A stretch of DNA of 64,000 nt from NCBI GenBank assembly GCA_964016885.1, contig OZ024741.1, forward strand, positions 20,460,001-20,524,000, in the 5' to 3' direction. Of the stretch, positions 42,680-57,169 are shown one piece after another. Every line of letters begins with the position of its first letter. The first letter of the stretch is position 1. The notes under the pieces are model-generated. The model was not told where the DNA came from. It saw only the letters and a program-made list of their open reading frames with translations, and searched no databases. This DNA is from Eledone cirrhosa. Lineage: Eukaryota. The position numbers and the translations under genes are program-made.

Positions 42680-42850
42680 GATGAATAGGTTTACTGTACA
42701 AGAAACAGCTTTTAGACTCTCCTATATACACCAGGTCCGAACACAAAGGAACCAAACTCCCACTGTCAATGTCTCCGTCTCTCCCACTCCTCCCTGTCTC
42801 TCAATATTGTGAGCAAATGAGGGCCCACGTGCTGGCTGCTCACGGCCTCG
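42680..42850 (-). mobile_element. CRE 3' UTR fragment
   Basis: ggtccgaacacaaaggaaccaaactcccactgtca and gtgagcaaatgagggcccacgtgctggc match 35709 and 45960. Confidence 0.65.
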
Positions 42851-43025
42851 GCGAGCATCCAAGACAATGCTAAAGGCAGCTAATGGCCGGATCTTGGTGT
42901 TAAAGTAGGTGACAGGAGGCCATAATGAAGATTTGAACTAAGAAAGCAGAGTAAGAAAATAAATCTCAAAACAGGCTTTCATTCTCTCTAATGAAGTCGT
43001 CACTATATTAAATAATCAAATAGAT

Positions 43026-44760
43026 ACGTGTGTATATATATATATGTATGTATAAATGTGTATATATATATATGTATGTATAAATGTGTATATATATATA
43101 TGTATGTATAAATGTGTATATGTATGTGTATATGTATAAATGTGTATATGTATAAGTGTATATATGTTTAAATGTGTATATGTATAAGTGTGCACATGTA
43201 TAAATGTGTACATGTATAAATGTGTATATGTATGTATGTGTATATGTATAAATGTGTATGTGTATGTAGGTGTATATGTATAAATGTGTATATGTATGTA
43301 TGTGTGTATGTATAAATGTGTATATGTATGTATGTATAAATGTGTATGTGTATGTAGGTGTATATGTATGTAGGTGTATATGTATGTAGGTGTATATGTA
43401 TAAATGTGTATATGTATAAGTGTATATATGTATAAATGTATATATGTATAAGTGTGTACATGTATAAATGTGTACATGTATAAATGTGTATATGTGGGTA
43501 TGTATAAATGTGTATGTGTATGTAGGTGTATATGTATGTATGTGTATATGTATAAATGTGTATATGTATAAATGTGTATATGTATAAATGTGTATGTGTA
43601 TAAATGTGTATGTGTATGCAGGTGTATATGTATGTATGTGTATATGTATAAATGTGTACATGTATAAGTGTGTATATGTATAAATGTGTATGTGTATGTA
43701 TGTGTATATGTATAAATGTGTATGTGTATGTATGTGTATATGTATAAATGTGTATGTGTATGTAGGTGTATATGTATGTACGTATGTGTATATGTATAAG
43801 TGTGTATATGTATAAATGTGTATATGTATAAATGTGTATGTGTATGCATGTGTATATGTATAAATGTGTATGCGTATGTATGTGTACATGTATGTATGTG
43901 TACATGTATAAATGTGTACATGTATAAGTGCGTATATGTATGTATATGTATATGTATAAATGTGTATATGTATGTGTACATGTATGTATGTGTATATGTA
44001 TAAATGTGTATGTGTATGTATGTGTACATGTATGTATATGTGTATATGTATAAATGTGTGCATGTGTGTAGGTATAAATGTGGTTATTTATGCATGTATG
44101 TGTGTGTATCAGCGTGTATATGAGAGTGTGCGCATATATGCGTGTGTGTGTATGAACGTGTATGAGCCTGTATATGTATGAACGTGTCTCTGTGTGGATG
44201 GGTTTGGGTGTGTGAGAGAGTTTGTGTGTGTGTGCGAGAGAGTCTGTGTGCGTGCGCGTGTGTGTGTGTGTGAGAGAGTCTGTGTGCGTGCGTGTGTGTG
44301 TGTCTGTGTGTGTCTGTCTGTGTGGGTGGGTGGGTGTGTGTTTATGCGTGTGTACGTGTGTGTGTGTCAGAGAGAGTCTGTGTGTGTGGATGTATGTGTG
44401 TGAGTGTGTGTGTCAGAGAGAGTCTGTATGTGTGGATGTATGTGTGTGAGTGTGTGTGTCAGAGAGAGTCTGTGTGTGTGGATGTATGTGTGTGAGTGTG
44501 TGTGTCAGAGAGAGTCTGTGTGTGTGTGTGTGTTGGATGCTATAATTAGAAACAAAGCTATATTTTATCACGTTTATCTAAACGATCCGGCCCAGAGTTT
44601 AAATAAGTCACGTGTATGTTGCAGTCACACACACATATATATATGTGTGTGTGTACGTTGCAGTCACACATACATACACACGTGTGTGTGTGTATATGTA
44701 TGTTCCAGTCACACATACACACACACAAATATATATATGTGTGTGTGTGTGTACACATTC
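43026..44760. repeat. Degenerate (TATG/TG)n microsatellite and minisatellite tract
   Basis: tgtataaatgtgtata-type units. Confidence 0.9.
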
Positions 44761-45204
44761 TGCTCTTCTATACATATTTACTCCAGTGACCTGCTTATCT
44801 AATGTGTGTATGTCTCCCGACTCTACTTCTCCCCTCTCTGCTTCTCCCCCTCTACCTCTCCCCTCTCTCTTTAGCCCCCTCCCCTTCACCTCTTTCTATA
44901 ATAACAATATATATTTATTTATTCATTCTATCCCACTCGCCTCTCTACAATTCACACGAGAGTCTTTAAACAATGTGACCCTTTTCCCGTTTTGTTTTTT
45001 TATCTTTGTTTTATGTGTGACTTCGTAGGCGTGGTCGCAGCAGGCCTGAATGTTTAAATACTCTCGGGTCTCGAATAATAGCCACCCCCCCCCTCCCCAC
45101 ACACACACACACACACTCCCGCTTATTAATTTTTTAAACCCCGTCCACCATCCCGTTCATTAAATTTTACTAATCTATCTCCGGCGATCTATTCCTGCGA
45201 CTTG

Positions 45205-45350
45205 ACGCATAGAGTTACGGCCCTTGCCATTCTGAGTTCAAATCCCGCCGAGGTTAACTTTGCCTTTCATCCTTACGGGGTCAATAAAATAAAGTACCAG
45301 TAATACACTGGGTTATTGCTGGCCTTGTGCCAAAAGTAGAAACAATTATC
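45205..45350 (+). mobile_element. 5'-truncated major-family SINE
   Basis: B box, core and tail. Confidence 0.85.
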
Positions 45351-45507
45351 TTTAGACATTAAAAAAGATTATACGTGACTAGAAATCCCATCTGTTATAA
45401 AATAAATAGGATGGGTTGGCGTCTCACTATATTCTTTTACTCTTTTACCTGTTCCCGCCATCCGGCTGAGGCCATGCTAGGGTACCGCATGTAAACTAAA
45501 CGACTAA

Positions 45508-45800
45508 TTCTTCTTCTTCTTCTTCTTCTTCTTCTTCTTCTTCTTCTTCTTCTTCTTCTTCTTCTTCTTCTTCTTCTTTGCTCACTTATTCCTGAGAGGG
45601 ACGTCAGAGTACTCAAACCCTCCTTCCACCAGGTCCTGTCAGAAGTAACCATCTCCAAGTGATCCGGCTGGATCCCTAAGTGACACCAGCTGAGCTCATG
45701 GATGTTATCCAACCATCTTGCTCAGGGTCTACCCCTGGGTCTCCTGCTGGTTGGTTTTGGCCGTAAAATCTGTCAAGCGATTCTTTCCTGAGACATTCTA
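45508..45800 (-). mobile_element. RTE-like LINE 3' end with (GAA)n tail
   Basis: RPRGRP*ARWLDNIHELSWCHLGIQP; (TTC)n on the + strand. Confidence 0.7.
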
Positions 45801-45864
45801 ACCACAGAGCCATAGTATCAGAGCTCTGATCTCTCAATTCACAGAAGTAGCGGCGTTTAGTTTA

Positions 45865-47220
45865 CATTATTATTATTTTTTTGTTAATATAATGAAGGAA
45901 TTTATATGTCTATACATAAACTGACTCATTGACTGTTTAATGAACAACCACAAGGATGTGGTCCGAACATGGAGGAGCTGAACTCCCACTGTCATCGCCT
46001 CCATCTCTCTCGTCCTCCCCACCTCTCTCGCCCTCCCCATCTCTCCGTATGGTGAGCAAATGGGGTCCTACGTGCTGGCCTACCCACAGCGCCGGTGGAG
46101 AGAATGGAGAAGGCGTTTCCCCGGAGAACGGCAAGGGCGACGCGCTGGAAGAGCATTCCGAGGCTCACACCTGCAGCTGGCTAGCTCAGCGCCTATGGCG
46201 GTGAGTAGGGGTGTAGCCATAGGGCCGAGGACACCAGAAGTCTCCACTGCCAAGGGCACGACCGCGAACCTGTCGGAGGGGGACTGGTACTTGGAGAGTT
46301 TGGCCCCCTCAGCCCGACGTGCAGCAGAACCTGGGTTAGTCGCAGACTGCACCAGGTTGCAGCTGGAGAAAGTGTCGCTGCAAGTGACATCCCAGACGAG
46401 GGGTTTGGCACCGGGGAACGGGAAGATGGTCATACCGTCTGGCCTTTTGCCGCCCCCTCGGTCCAGCCCCACTGGCTCGAGCTGGGAGGGGAAGCCTGCA
46501 GCGTCCAGCCATGCTTTATGACCTCGTTTAGGGCAGCATGGCGTGGAAGGCGGTCGGCACTGTGGCGACAGGAAAGCACGTGGAGGCCGAAAGAGTTCAC
46601 GATGGATCCACAGCGACATTTATGTGGCTCGCAGATCCGGAAGCCGAGCCTCAGGGAAACGCCGATGTGCAGGCTATCGTTATCCAGCTGCGTGCAGGTG
46701 GAGAAGGAGAGCAATAAACCACTGTGGGGTTTGGAGGCCGCGCGAAAACAGGCAAGGCGGTGCTGGTCGGGCTGGCGTGTGAGCCTGTCTGAGGCCAGGC
46801 TGCACTGGATGGCATCCCAAAAGCTTTGGGGGGACTTGACGTCAGAAGGGAGAGAAGGAGGGGGGACGTCAACAGGGAGAGAAGGAGTCCCAGCCGGTCC
46901 AACGTCTCAAAGGTGGCCTCACGTTCCCAGATCACAGAGGGTTCCATTGTGTTTTGGAGAGCCCTGCTGACGAGGACGCAGCATGAGGTTACCAACGAAA
47001 GAAACGCCGGCAAAGCCAGCGAGATCGGGGACCGGAGGCCAAGGCCACCATATCTGACAGGTAAGGTGGCCTGTTGCCATCCAATGTCGTCAAACCTGAC
47101 GTTGCATATCTCCTCGGCTGCCGCTCGGATACAAGTATCGAGGTCAGTGAGGAGAGATGCGTGGCTGTAGCACGGAGCGCTGCGAAGGGTATAGAGGAGC
47201 TTCGGCATGGCGAAGCAGTT
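45865..47220 (-). mobile_element. CRE-clade non-LTR retrotransposon, 5'-truncated (RT thumb, CCHC, restriction-like endonuclease), frameshifted
   Basis: PKLLYTLRS...QATLPVRYGGLGLR; CRCGSIVNSFGLHVLSC; RHAALN; KRPDG; VWDVT; AEGAKLSKY; PLAVETSGVLG. Confidence 0.88.
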
Positions 47221-48709
47221 TCTCGGCAGGAAGAGTGCTGGATGTAGAGTCTTTTAAAGCTTTTTTTTTAGTAGTGGGGACAGGGACTTCAATATTCATG
47301 CGGCCCCTGCTGGCTCTCCACAGCGCAGACAAATGCATCAAAGGAACTCCCGTCCCACTTCCAACCCAACCACTAGCTGATCTATATACAATGCTAGACA
47401 CGCCAATACCACCTTATAAGCTCTACGTAGCAGGCTCACCACAGCAAGGGTTCAATAAGATGAAGAAGCGCTCAAATACTGATTTCCGTGGTTTAGTCAA
47501 CAGTTTTCCCGCTGTGAATTGGCAGAGATGTCTGAGCGTCGGGTAAAATGCCTTGATGTTTGTTTTGGTTCACTGCGTTCTGAGTTCAAATCCCACAGAG
47601 TTCAACTTGGCTTTTCATCTTTTGAGTTCGAGGCAGTAGATTGAGATCATGTTTAAACAGATGGAGGGGATGCGCTGTGCATTATCTATTGCTGTTCTGT
47701 ACGTTCTGAGCTCAAATCCCACCCCATATCACCGGAAAAGCAGTGACGCTGCTGCCATGAGTTGTAATAGAAAGATAATATCAGCAATATAAAGTCCAAT
47801 GGAAACATTGTCTCTTTGCTGCGATCTGATAATTGGCTCTATTCTTCTGTCAAGAGTTGTGACTGGTAGATAGTATCAGCAATGAAAAGACCAATTGAGA
47901 CAGCTTGTTTGTTTGCTTTTTTCGTTACTTTTTTATTGTTTTAAAATGTGTTCGAGCTCCGTCGGTTTCGACGATGAATGTTCCTGTTGATTCGATCAGC
48001 AGAACAGTCTGCTTGTGAAATTAACGCATGCACTCTCAAGGTGGTTTTCAATGAGAATCGACGTGACACAATGTCTGATAAGGCTAACCTTTTGAATTAC
48101 AGGTACAACACATTTTTGCCAACTGAGGGGACATGAGCAGCGAGAGGAATAAATTGTCTTACTCAATGGAGTATTGCTGGGTGAGTGGGGTGTATCGGGA
48201 TGCAGTTCTAACCCCTAAAAATTGTTGTCGGAAAATTATGAACGTCTGCACCCAAGATTGGATTTAAACCTTGGGGGCACTTCAGGTTGGCTAGGGGCTT
48301 CAAGAACAAAAAATAGCATACACAGCAAACCCCCAATTTTACATATCAAAGGTAGCTTGGCACAAGTAATTGGAATTGGAAAGAAATACATACAGGTAGT
48401 AAATTTTAAAAAAATCTAACAATCCTAAAACTAAAAATCCCAGCTGAGGGCACAAATAAATTGCTATGGGCGTCGCTGATGGGATCCCCTCATTGCAGGG
48501 GGTTCGGGGCAATTGCCCCGCCCCATTAAACCCGGCCCTGTCTGCACTCCCAAAATTGATAGGATCTCTAGGCTTATGGTCTTACTCAAGGACACAACAC
48601 ACCACTGTGAACCGAACAGCCACACCACTAAGCCACACAATTTCACCCGAGTTTATAAATAGACAGAGTTAGATATATAGATACATGTGTATACATATAT
48701 ATACACATT

Positions 48710-48820
<111 letters not shown>

Positions 48821-49107
48821 CAGACACGTGTATATATATATATATATACACACACATGTGAGTGTATATATATATATATGACAGACAAACACACATACAC
48901 ACACGCAAACACACACACACACATCAAAATACATGTAAACACACACACACATATAAACAAACACACACACATATAAACACACACGCAGACACACAAAGAT
49001 ATGTAGAAATCGGTGAAGTGAACTTAGAAACCATAGATAAGAATGAATAACATACTTATTCCATTTATACACACGTGATGATTATATATATATATATATA
49101 TATAAAG

Positions 49108-49142
<35 letters not shown>

Positions 49143-49160
49143 ATATATATATACATATAC

Positions 49161-49227
<67 letters not shown>

Positions 49228-49306
49228 TATATATATATATATGCATATGCATATATATATATATACATACACATACACATTAGCATATATATAAATATAC
49301 ATATAC

Positions 49307-49339
<33 letters not shown>

Positions 49340-49455
49340 ATGTAGGAGGTGAGTTTTATTGTAGTACAATAAAGCAATGCAGATATCGGATAAGAAGCAC
49401 TCTACAGTTTGTAGGACTGGAGTATACATAATATAAGATCAAAAGATGGAACTCC
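49340..49455 (-). mobile_element. Solo tail with hairpin
   Basis: Reverse complement: tACTC-CAG-tcctacaaa-CTG-TA-GAGTGCT (49423-49396). Confidence 0.6.
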
Positions 49456-49472
49456 TTTAACCATCTTTTGAT

Positions 49473-49531
<59 letters not shown>

Positions 49532-49536
<5 letters not shown>

Positions 49537-49646
49537 AACAAGTAAGACCCCGACGGCTGAGCTCAAGCCGTTTACTCTACTACCCTAAGTATTGAGTACT
49601 TTGGTGCGTTATGGTCCACCTGGTTCCTTACCACATTTCCTTCGTT
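49532..49646 (+). mobile_element. Family B element (inverted stem III joined to tail)
   Basis: taggaacaagtaagaccccgacggctgagctcaagccgtt followed by the family B tail. Confidence 0.8.
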
Positions 49647-49906
49647 ATATATATATACATATGTATATATATATATATATACATATGTATATATATACAT
49701 ATATATATACATATGTCTATATATACATACATATATATATATATACATATGTATATATATATACATATGTATATATATACATATGTATATATATATATAT
49801 ACATATATATACATATGTGTATATATACATGCATATATAAATATATATATATATATACATATGTATATATATATATATACATATATATATACATATATAT
49901 ATACAT

Positions 49907-49947
<41 letters not shown>

Positions 49948-49993
49948 TAGAAGTGGTATTTAATTTGTTGGAAGTCCGACAAACATAAATGTT

Positions 49994-50138
<145 letters not shown>

Positions 50139-50144
50139 ATATAT

Positions 50145-50181
<37 letters not shown>

Positions 50182-50188
50182 CATATGC

Positions 50189-50228
<40 letters not shown>

Positions 50229-50560
50229 TTGTGTCTATATATATATATATGTATGTGTTTGTGTATATATATATATGTATGTATGTGTATGTGCGTATAT
50301 ATATATATGTATGTATGTGTATGTGCGTATATATATATATATGTATATATATATATGTGTATATATGTGTATTATTGTTTAAAATCAAAGTTACATTTCA
50401 TTAATATTATCTGAGTCATTTAACAATCATTTTAATGAATCACATGTTATGTATAGGTGTGTGTGTGTGTGTGTATGTGTTTGTGTGTGTGTGTGTGCTC
50501 GCACGTGTGGGTTTGTGTATATATGCATACGCACACATATATATATATATATATACATAC

Positions 50561-50608
<48 letters not shown>

Positions 50609-50661
50609 TTTCCCGAGTACTTAGTTGAACATGGTCTTACTAGTCTAAACAGGTAACTCCC

Positions 50662-50702
<41 letters not shown>

Positions 50703-50742
50703 ACTCTCTCTCTCTCTCTCTCTCTCATTCTCTCTCTCTCTG

Positions 50743-50774
<32 letters not shown>

Positions 50775-50787
50775 ACAGTTGGCAGTT

Positions 50788-50849
50788 GAACAGTGAGCTG
50801 TACTGATGAAGGGTGATACCCAGAAACATTACTGTTTGCCGTTCTGTTT
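50788..50849 (+). ncRNA. Type I hammerhead ribozyme
   Basis: gta-CTGATGA-a-ggg tgata ccc-a-GAAACA-ttac-TGT-T-tgc; extended stem I aacag/ctgtt. Confidence 0.7.
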
Positions 50850-50970
50850 ACATGCCAACACAAGAGCATAGCTTTAAAAATGAGGCGTTTTTGCATAATA
50901 GCAAACGAATCGAATATTATTATTAATATTCGAAAAACTCAGATTACTATATATATAGTATATATGTGGT

Positions 50971-51057
50971 GTCCAGCAGAAGCAAGGGGGACAACCCTTT
51001 CAGGCTTGACAGATCCTCTTCAGGACGGGCCCTCCCACCGCTTGCTACTGCTGGACT
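50971..51057 (-). ncRNA. Hammerhead core inside a short fold-back (stem I not intact)
   Basis: Reverse complement: CTGAAGA-gg atctgtcaag cc-t-GAAAGGG-ttgtcc-CCCT-T; inverted repeat gtccagcag.agcaag / cttgct.ctgctggac. Confidence 0.5.
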
Positions 51058-51159
51058 TGAAAACTGTCGAGAATATATAGTTTTCTCCTCTGTGTAAATG
51101 AGGTGATTAATCTTATTTGCATATGAAGCTGCATAAGGTGACTCAACTTATAATAGATA

Positions 51160-52192
51160 TATGTATGTATATAGGAAATATATGTATGTATATAGGAAAT
51201 ATATGTATGTATATAGGAAATGTATGTATATAGGAAATATATGTATGTATATAGGAAATATATGTATGTATATAGGAAATATATGTATGTATATAGGAAA
51301 TATATGTATGTATATAGGAAATATATGTATATATATAGGAAATGTATGTATGTATATAGGAAATATATGTATGTATATAGGAAATATATGTATGTATATA
51401 GGAAATATATGTATGTATATAGGAAATATATGTATGTATATAGGAAATATATGTATGTATATAGGAAATATATGTATGTATATAGGAAATATATGTATGT
51501 ATATAGGAAATATATGTATGTATATAGGAAATGTATGTATATAGGAAATATATGTATGTATATAGGAAATGTATGTATGTATATAGGAAATATATGTATG
51601 TATATAGGAAATATATGTATGTATATAGGAAATATATGTATGTATATAGGAAATATATGTATATATATAGGAAATGTATGTATGTATATAGGAAATATAT
51701 GTATGTATATAGGAAATATATGTATGTATATAGGAAATATATGTATGTATATAGGAAATATATGTATGTATATAGGAAATGTATGTATGTATATAGGAAA
51801 TGTATGTATGTATATAGGAAATGTATGTATATAGTAAATGTATGTATGTATATAGGAAATATATGTATGTATATAGGAAATATATGTATATATATAGGAA
51901 ATGTATGTATGTATATAGGAAATGTATGTATGTATATAGGAAATATATGTATGTATATAGGAAATATATGTATGTATATAGGAAATATATGTATGTATAT
52001 AGGAAATGTATGTATGTATATAGGAAATGTATGTATGTATATAGGAAATGTATGTATATAGTAAATGTATGTATGTATATAGGAAATATATGTATGTATA
52101 TAGGAAATATATGTATGTATATAGGAAATGTATGTATGTATATAGGAAATGTATGTATGTATATAGTAAATGTATATATGTATATAGGAAAT
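51160..52192. repeat. About 20-bp minisatellite atatgtatgtatataggaaa
   Basis: Direct observation. Confidence 0.95.
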
Positions 52193-52287
52193 GTAACGCG
52201 CAGTTACTGTGGGTTCACCCGAGTAAGCACTCGATGCATAGTTACCAGTCTCGGGAAAGAGGTGTAGAACTAAACAGAGTGTAAATA

Positions 52288-52960
52288 TAATTCTTTCTAC
52301 TTTTGGCACAAGGCCATCAATTAACCCAGTACATTACTGGTACTTTATTTTATCGACACCGTAAGGATGAAAGGCAAAGTTAACCTCGGCTGGATTTGAA
52401 CTCAGAATGGCAAAGGCCGTAACTCTATGCGTCCGACCCTCTACCGATACTGCCAATCCACCGCCCTAAATATAATAATAAAAGGACGATTTGTTATGTC
52501 TTCATTACGTTTATTGTATAGTGACGTACGTTTCATATTTAAACAGTAACTGACCACCATAAATGAATGGAATCGTTATAGACCTTTCTAAGCCCTACAG
52601 GTTCATTCTGTCATTACCACAGCAGAGGTCCGACGAGCTTTTGATTCCAGAGTCAGGCTAGATGGATACAGATCGAACCTTGAGCTGATCAATGGCGAAA
52701 CGCGTGTCACTATTCAATAAACGCAATGAAGACATAAGAAATCGTCCTTTTATTGGGTGGTGGATTGGCAGTATCGGTAGAGGGTCGGACGCCATGCTTT
52801 AACGCATAGAGTTACGGCCCTTTCCACTCTGAGTTCAAATCCCGCCGAGGTTAAATTTGCCTTTCATCCTTACGGGGTCGATGAAATAAAGTACCAGTAA
52901 TGCACTAGGTGATTGCTGGATTGCTGGCCTTGTGCCAAAAAGTAAAAAACAACTATTATT
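52288..52960. mobile_element. Head-to-head SINE pair (52288-52467 -, 52755-52960 +) enclosing a hammerhead fold-back (52477-52754)
   Basis: ggt-CCGACGA-(long stem II)-GAAAC-gcgt-GTC-act at 52627-52711; about 60-bp inverted arms. Confidence 0.75.
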
Positions 52961-53014
52961 ATTATTGTTATTATTATAATATATGTATACATACATAAAT
53001 ATATACATAAATAT

Positions 53015-53522
53015 ATAAATTAATAAAAACAATGAATAAAAACAAAGAAACAGTTCCTTATATCAAAAAATTCATCATTTTACGATCGTTTCTAGGATAT
53101 ATATGTGTGTGTTGGTATGTATATCATATAGATCTATGTAAACATTTTACAAACTATCAGAGGGAATATACATACCTACACATATATATGCTGTCTTCAG
53201 AAATATTTCTGAAGACAGCATATATATGTGTAGGTATGTATATTCCCTCTGATAGTTTGTAAAATTTTTACATAGATCTATATGATATACATACCATCAC
53301 ACACATATATATCCTAGAAACGATCGTAAAATGATGAATTGTTTGATATAAGGAACTGTTTCTTTGTTTTTATTCATTGTTTTTTATTAATTTATCTTGA
53401 CTCTGTTTTCCTGTGATTTTCATCGAAAACATTTTTGAATACATCTTTTCTTTTCATGATATTTGGATTACATTGAGTTCTTCATACGGATTGGACACTA
53501 CCGTATATTTTGGTAGATTTAT
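53015..53522 (+). mobile_element. Fold-back element with a long-stem-II hammerhead (53205-53332) and tail
   Basis: About 190-bp arms with centre at 53204/5. attt-CTGAAGA-...-GAAAC-gatc-GTA-aaat; ACTC-TGT...ACA-TT-GAGT at 53400-53478. Confidence 0.85.
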
Positions 53523-53786
53523 CTACATACATAAATATATATATATATATATATTCGAAACGATCGACTTTCGTCAAATCGGACCGAGGGGACAATGTTT
53601 CCGTTGGTCTTTCCAATTGCTAATACTATCTATCGGTCGCAACTCCAGGTAGAAGGAGCAACGTGAAATAAAGTGTCTTGCTCAAGGACATAACGCATCG
53701 CCTGGTCCAGGAATCGAACTCACAACATTACGATTGCGAATCCAATTCTCTAACCACTCAGCCACACGCCTTCACATATATATATC

Positions 53787-54186
53787 ACATAAGAAACGGA
53801 GAATCAGTGTTGCGACGAATAAAATTTATTGGACATATTACAGGCGCTTTTCTGGCGACCAGCTCGAGGCACGATCGGTGTAATGATCGAACCTGACTCT
53901 GAAATCGCAAGGTCCTCAGATATGTCTCGATTCGACGAAGCAGAGTTTCAAAACAAAAAGAAAAAAAAAACTGTACTTCGTAGAATCGAGACGTATCTGA
54001 GGACCTTGCGATATCAGAGTCAGATTCGATCATTACATCGATCGTGCCTCGAGCTGGTCGCCAGAGAAACGATTATAATATGTCCAATAAATTTTAATTT
54101 ATTGCAACACTGATTCTCCGTTTCTTATGCATCGAGTGCTCCAACGGCCTACCGCTTACGGACGCTTTAAGCATCCCACACCAATT
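53787..54186 (+). mobile_element. Fold-back element with hammerhead (53990-54084) and tail
   Basis: gacgtat-CTGAGGA-(long stem II)-GAAAC-gatta-TA-atatgtc; about 155-bp arms; tail matches 12683-12757. Confidence 0.8.
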
Positions 54187-54193
54187 ATATATA

Positions 54194-54725
54194 TATTGGG
54201 TTGGTGCATAATTATTGCGGCCTTTTTTCAACAAATTTTATTCAATAAAAAACGTTCGGCTTTGTTGTTATCGGAGAGTTCGTGGGGGACCCACCCAGCC
54301 AATTTCCATACTTTTCCGAGCTTTTTGAGACGACGAACTATGGTCGAATGGTCTAAATTGAAGTCTTCGACCAACATTCTCATTGTCAAGCTTTCGTCCT
54401 CTTCCACGGCTGCCAAAAGTGCCTGGTCGTTGAAATTTGATGGTCGACCTCTTCCTTCTTCATCTGCGAGGTTTGTATCGCCCAATTTGAACTTCCTGAA
54501 CCATCTTTCAACTTGGCTTTTGCTGATTGTTCCTTCACCAAAAAGTTCATTGAGATCGCGAAATGACTGAGGCTGCATTCCAACCTTTCTCGAAGCGGTA
54601 GAGCATTATATGACGAATGTGGATATGATTTTCGATACGCATTCTGAAAAGAGAAAAACCCGACCGTCATTTAAAGATGTTTTTGTTAAATATTGTTATT
54701 GTTTTTGTTAAATAAAATTTGTTGA
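54194..54725 (-). mobile_element. Internally deleted mariner element (N-terminal transposase fused to a TIR)
   Basis: HIRHIMLYRFEKG...VERWFRKFKLGDTNL..EGRGRP...WVPHEL; TIR-like tattgggttggtgcataattattgcgg. Confidence 0.85.
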
Positions 54726-54962
54726 TACCCGGACAGATCTAAAATCTGTTTCGCAAGAATTATTAAGTGAAAGCAACCAGTCCTGTGTTCTTCTGCGAGT
54801 AGCCAGGAAATTCGTACCTTTCCCTTCAAAAGATCTAAGAAGACTGAACTATATGTTGATATAAAAGCACACGTTACAGCGCCTAGCGCGTTTCATACTC
54901 ATGCCGCCAAAAATAGCAGCCGGTTTTATGAGACTAAAGTTAGCTCTACATATGGAGACGAG

Positions 54963-55290
54963 AATATCATAGATTGAGTTAGAAACTCAAAATAGTCTTT
55001 TACAATTAAATAGCTCGCGGAAGGGAATCTTTCCGAGCCGTGTAATACAATATAAGTTTGTTATTTTTATTCATTTATTACTTTAAATCGAAACAGGCAA
55101 ACCATATTATTTTAAATTAGTATTTTTCAACCTAGCTAACTTGGTCATTTGCAATTGGAACACATGTATACTTATATCGGTGTTCATCCCGCTCATATAT
55201 TCAATTGTATTACACGGCTCGGAAAGATTCCCTTCCTTGAGCTATTTAATTGTAAAAGACTATTTTGAGTTTCTAACTCAATCTATGATA
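54963..55290. repeat. Fold-back with about 88-bp arms
   Basis: 54963-55050 is the reverse complement of 55203-55290. Confidence 0.8.
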
Positions 55291-55324
55291 TATATATATA
55301 TGTATGTATACATATATATATATG

Positions 55325-56068
<744 letters not shown>

Positions 56069-56084
56069 AGGAAGACGATACTTT

Positions 56085-56494
56085 GGTTCATGGAAACGTT
56101 CCCTGGCAAAGAACGGGAAAAAACGAATATAATACGTCATTAATAGGAGCGGTGAAAAACAATAATGCGCAAAGACAAAACCACGTTTATGGTATAAAAG
56201 AAGTCGTAGACTAATGTTCTCTTAGGTGGTTCGTGGAGACGTTCTCTGGCAATGAACGGAAAAAACGAATATAATACGTCATTAATAGGAGCGGTGAAAA
56301 ACAATAACGCGCAAAGACAAAACCACGTTTATGGTATAAAAGAAGTCGTAGACTAATATTCTCTTAGGTGGTTCGTGGAGACGTTCTCTGGCAATGAACG
56401 GAAAAAACGAAGATAATACGTCGTATGTGGAGCGTGGAGAACAATTGCACGCAAAGACAAAACCACGTAAATGATATAGCTGAAGTCGTAGACT
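56085..56494. repeat. About 142-bp tandem repeat, about 3 units
   Basis: ggttc starts at 56085, 56228 and 56370. Confidence 0.85.
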
Positions 56495-56877
56495 TAAATT
56501 CTAACTAGGAAATCGAATGATTCTCGGTTGCAGAGTTAAGAACAAAGTAAATAAAATACAGAGGTAATTGAAATTAAATATATACATACACGCACCCATA
56601 TACGTACATACACAAGCATACGCGAAAACACTCGCTATGGGTATGCAAATACAAGCACGTACACAAAAAAACGCGCACGCACATACAGAACTCACGCAAC
56701 GCCTGTACCCGCACACATACGAACGTATACACCAAATCATTCGGGATCCCGTTAAGGGTGGAAGCAGCGATTCTTTGCTTAAACTTTAATCTGTTATTTT
56801 AATAAATATATATATCAAGGGCGGTGCCCCAGCATGGCCTCAGCCGGATGGCTGGAACAGGTAAGAGAGTAAAAAAG

Positions 56878-56914
<37 letters not shown>

Positions 56915-56918
<4 letters not shown>

Positions 56919-57066
56919 TTTTATTATAGAAATGACTTCTACAGGACTAGAACTGTTTCATTCGTAACAAAAACCTCTAGTTCTGTAGAAGTCATTTCTA
57001 CATCATGAATTACCTATACTCAATTAACGTATTGAGTACCCTTTTTAATAGTTGTCGCCTCCCGAT

Positions 57067-57068
<2 letters not shown>
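56915..57068 (+). mobile_element. Family A fold-back, truncated
   Basis: tagaaatgacttctacaggactagaactgtttcatt ... ctagttctgtagaagtcatttcta; tactcaattaacgtattgagtacc. Confidence 0.7.
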
Positions 57069-57131
<63 letters not shown>

Positions 57132-57169
57132 TCCCGTTACAAATATAAACAGCCATGTTTGCACTATAT

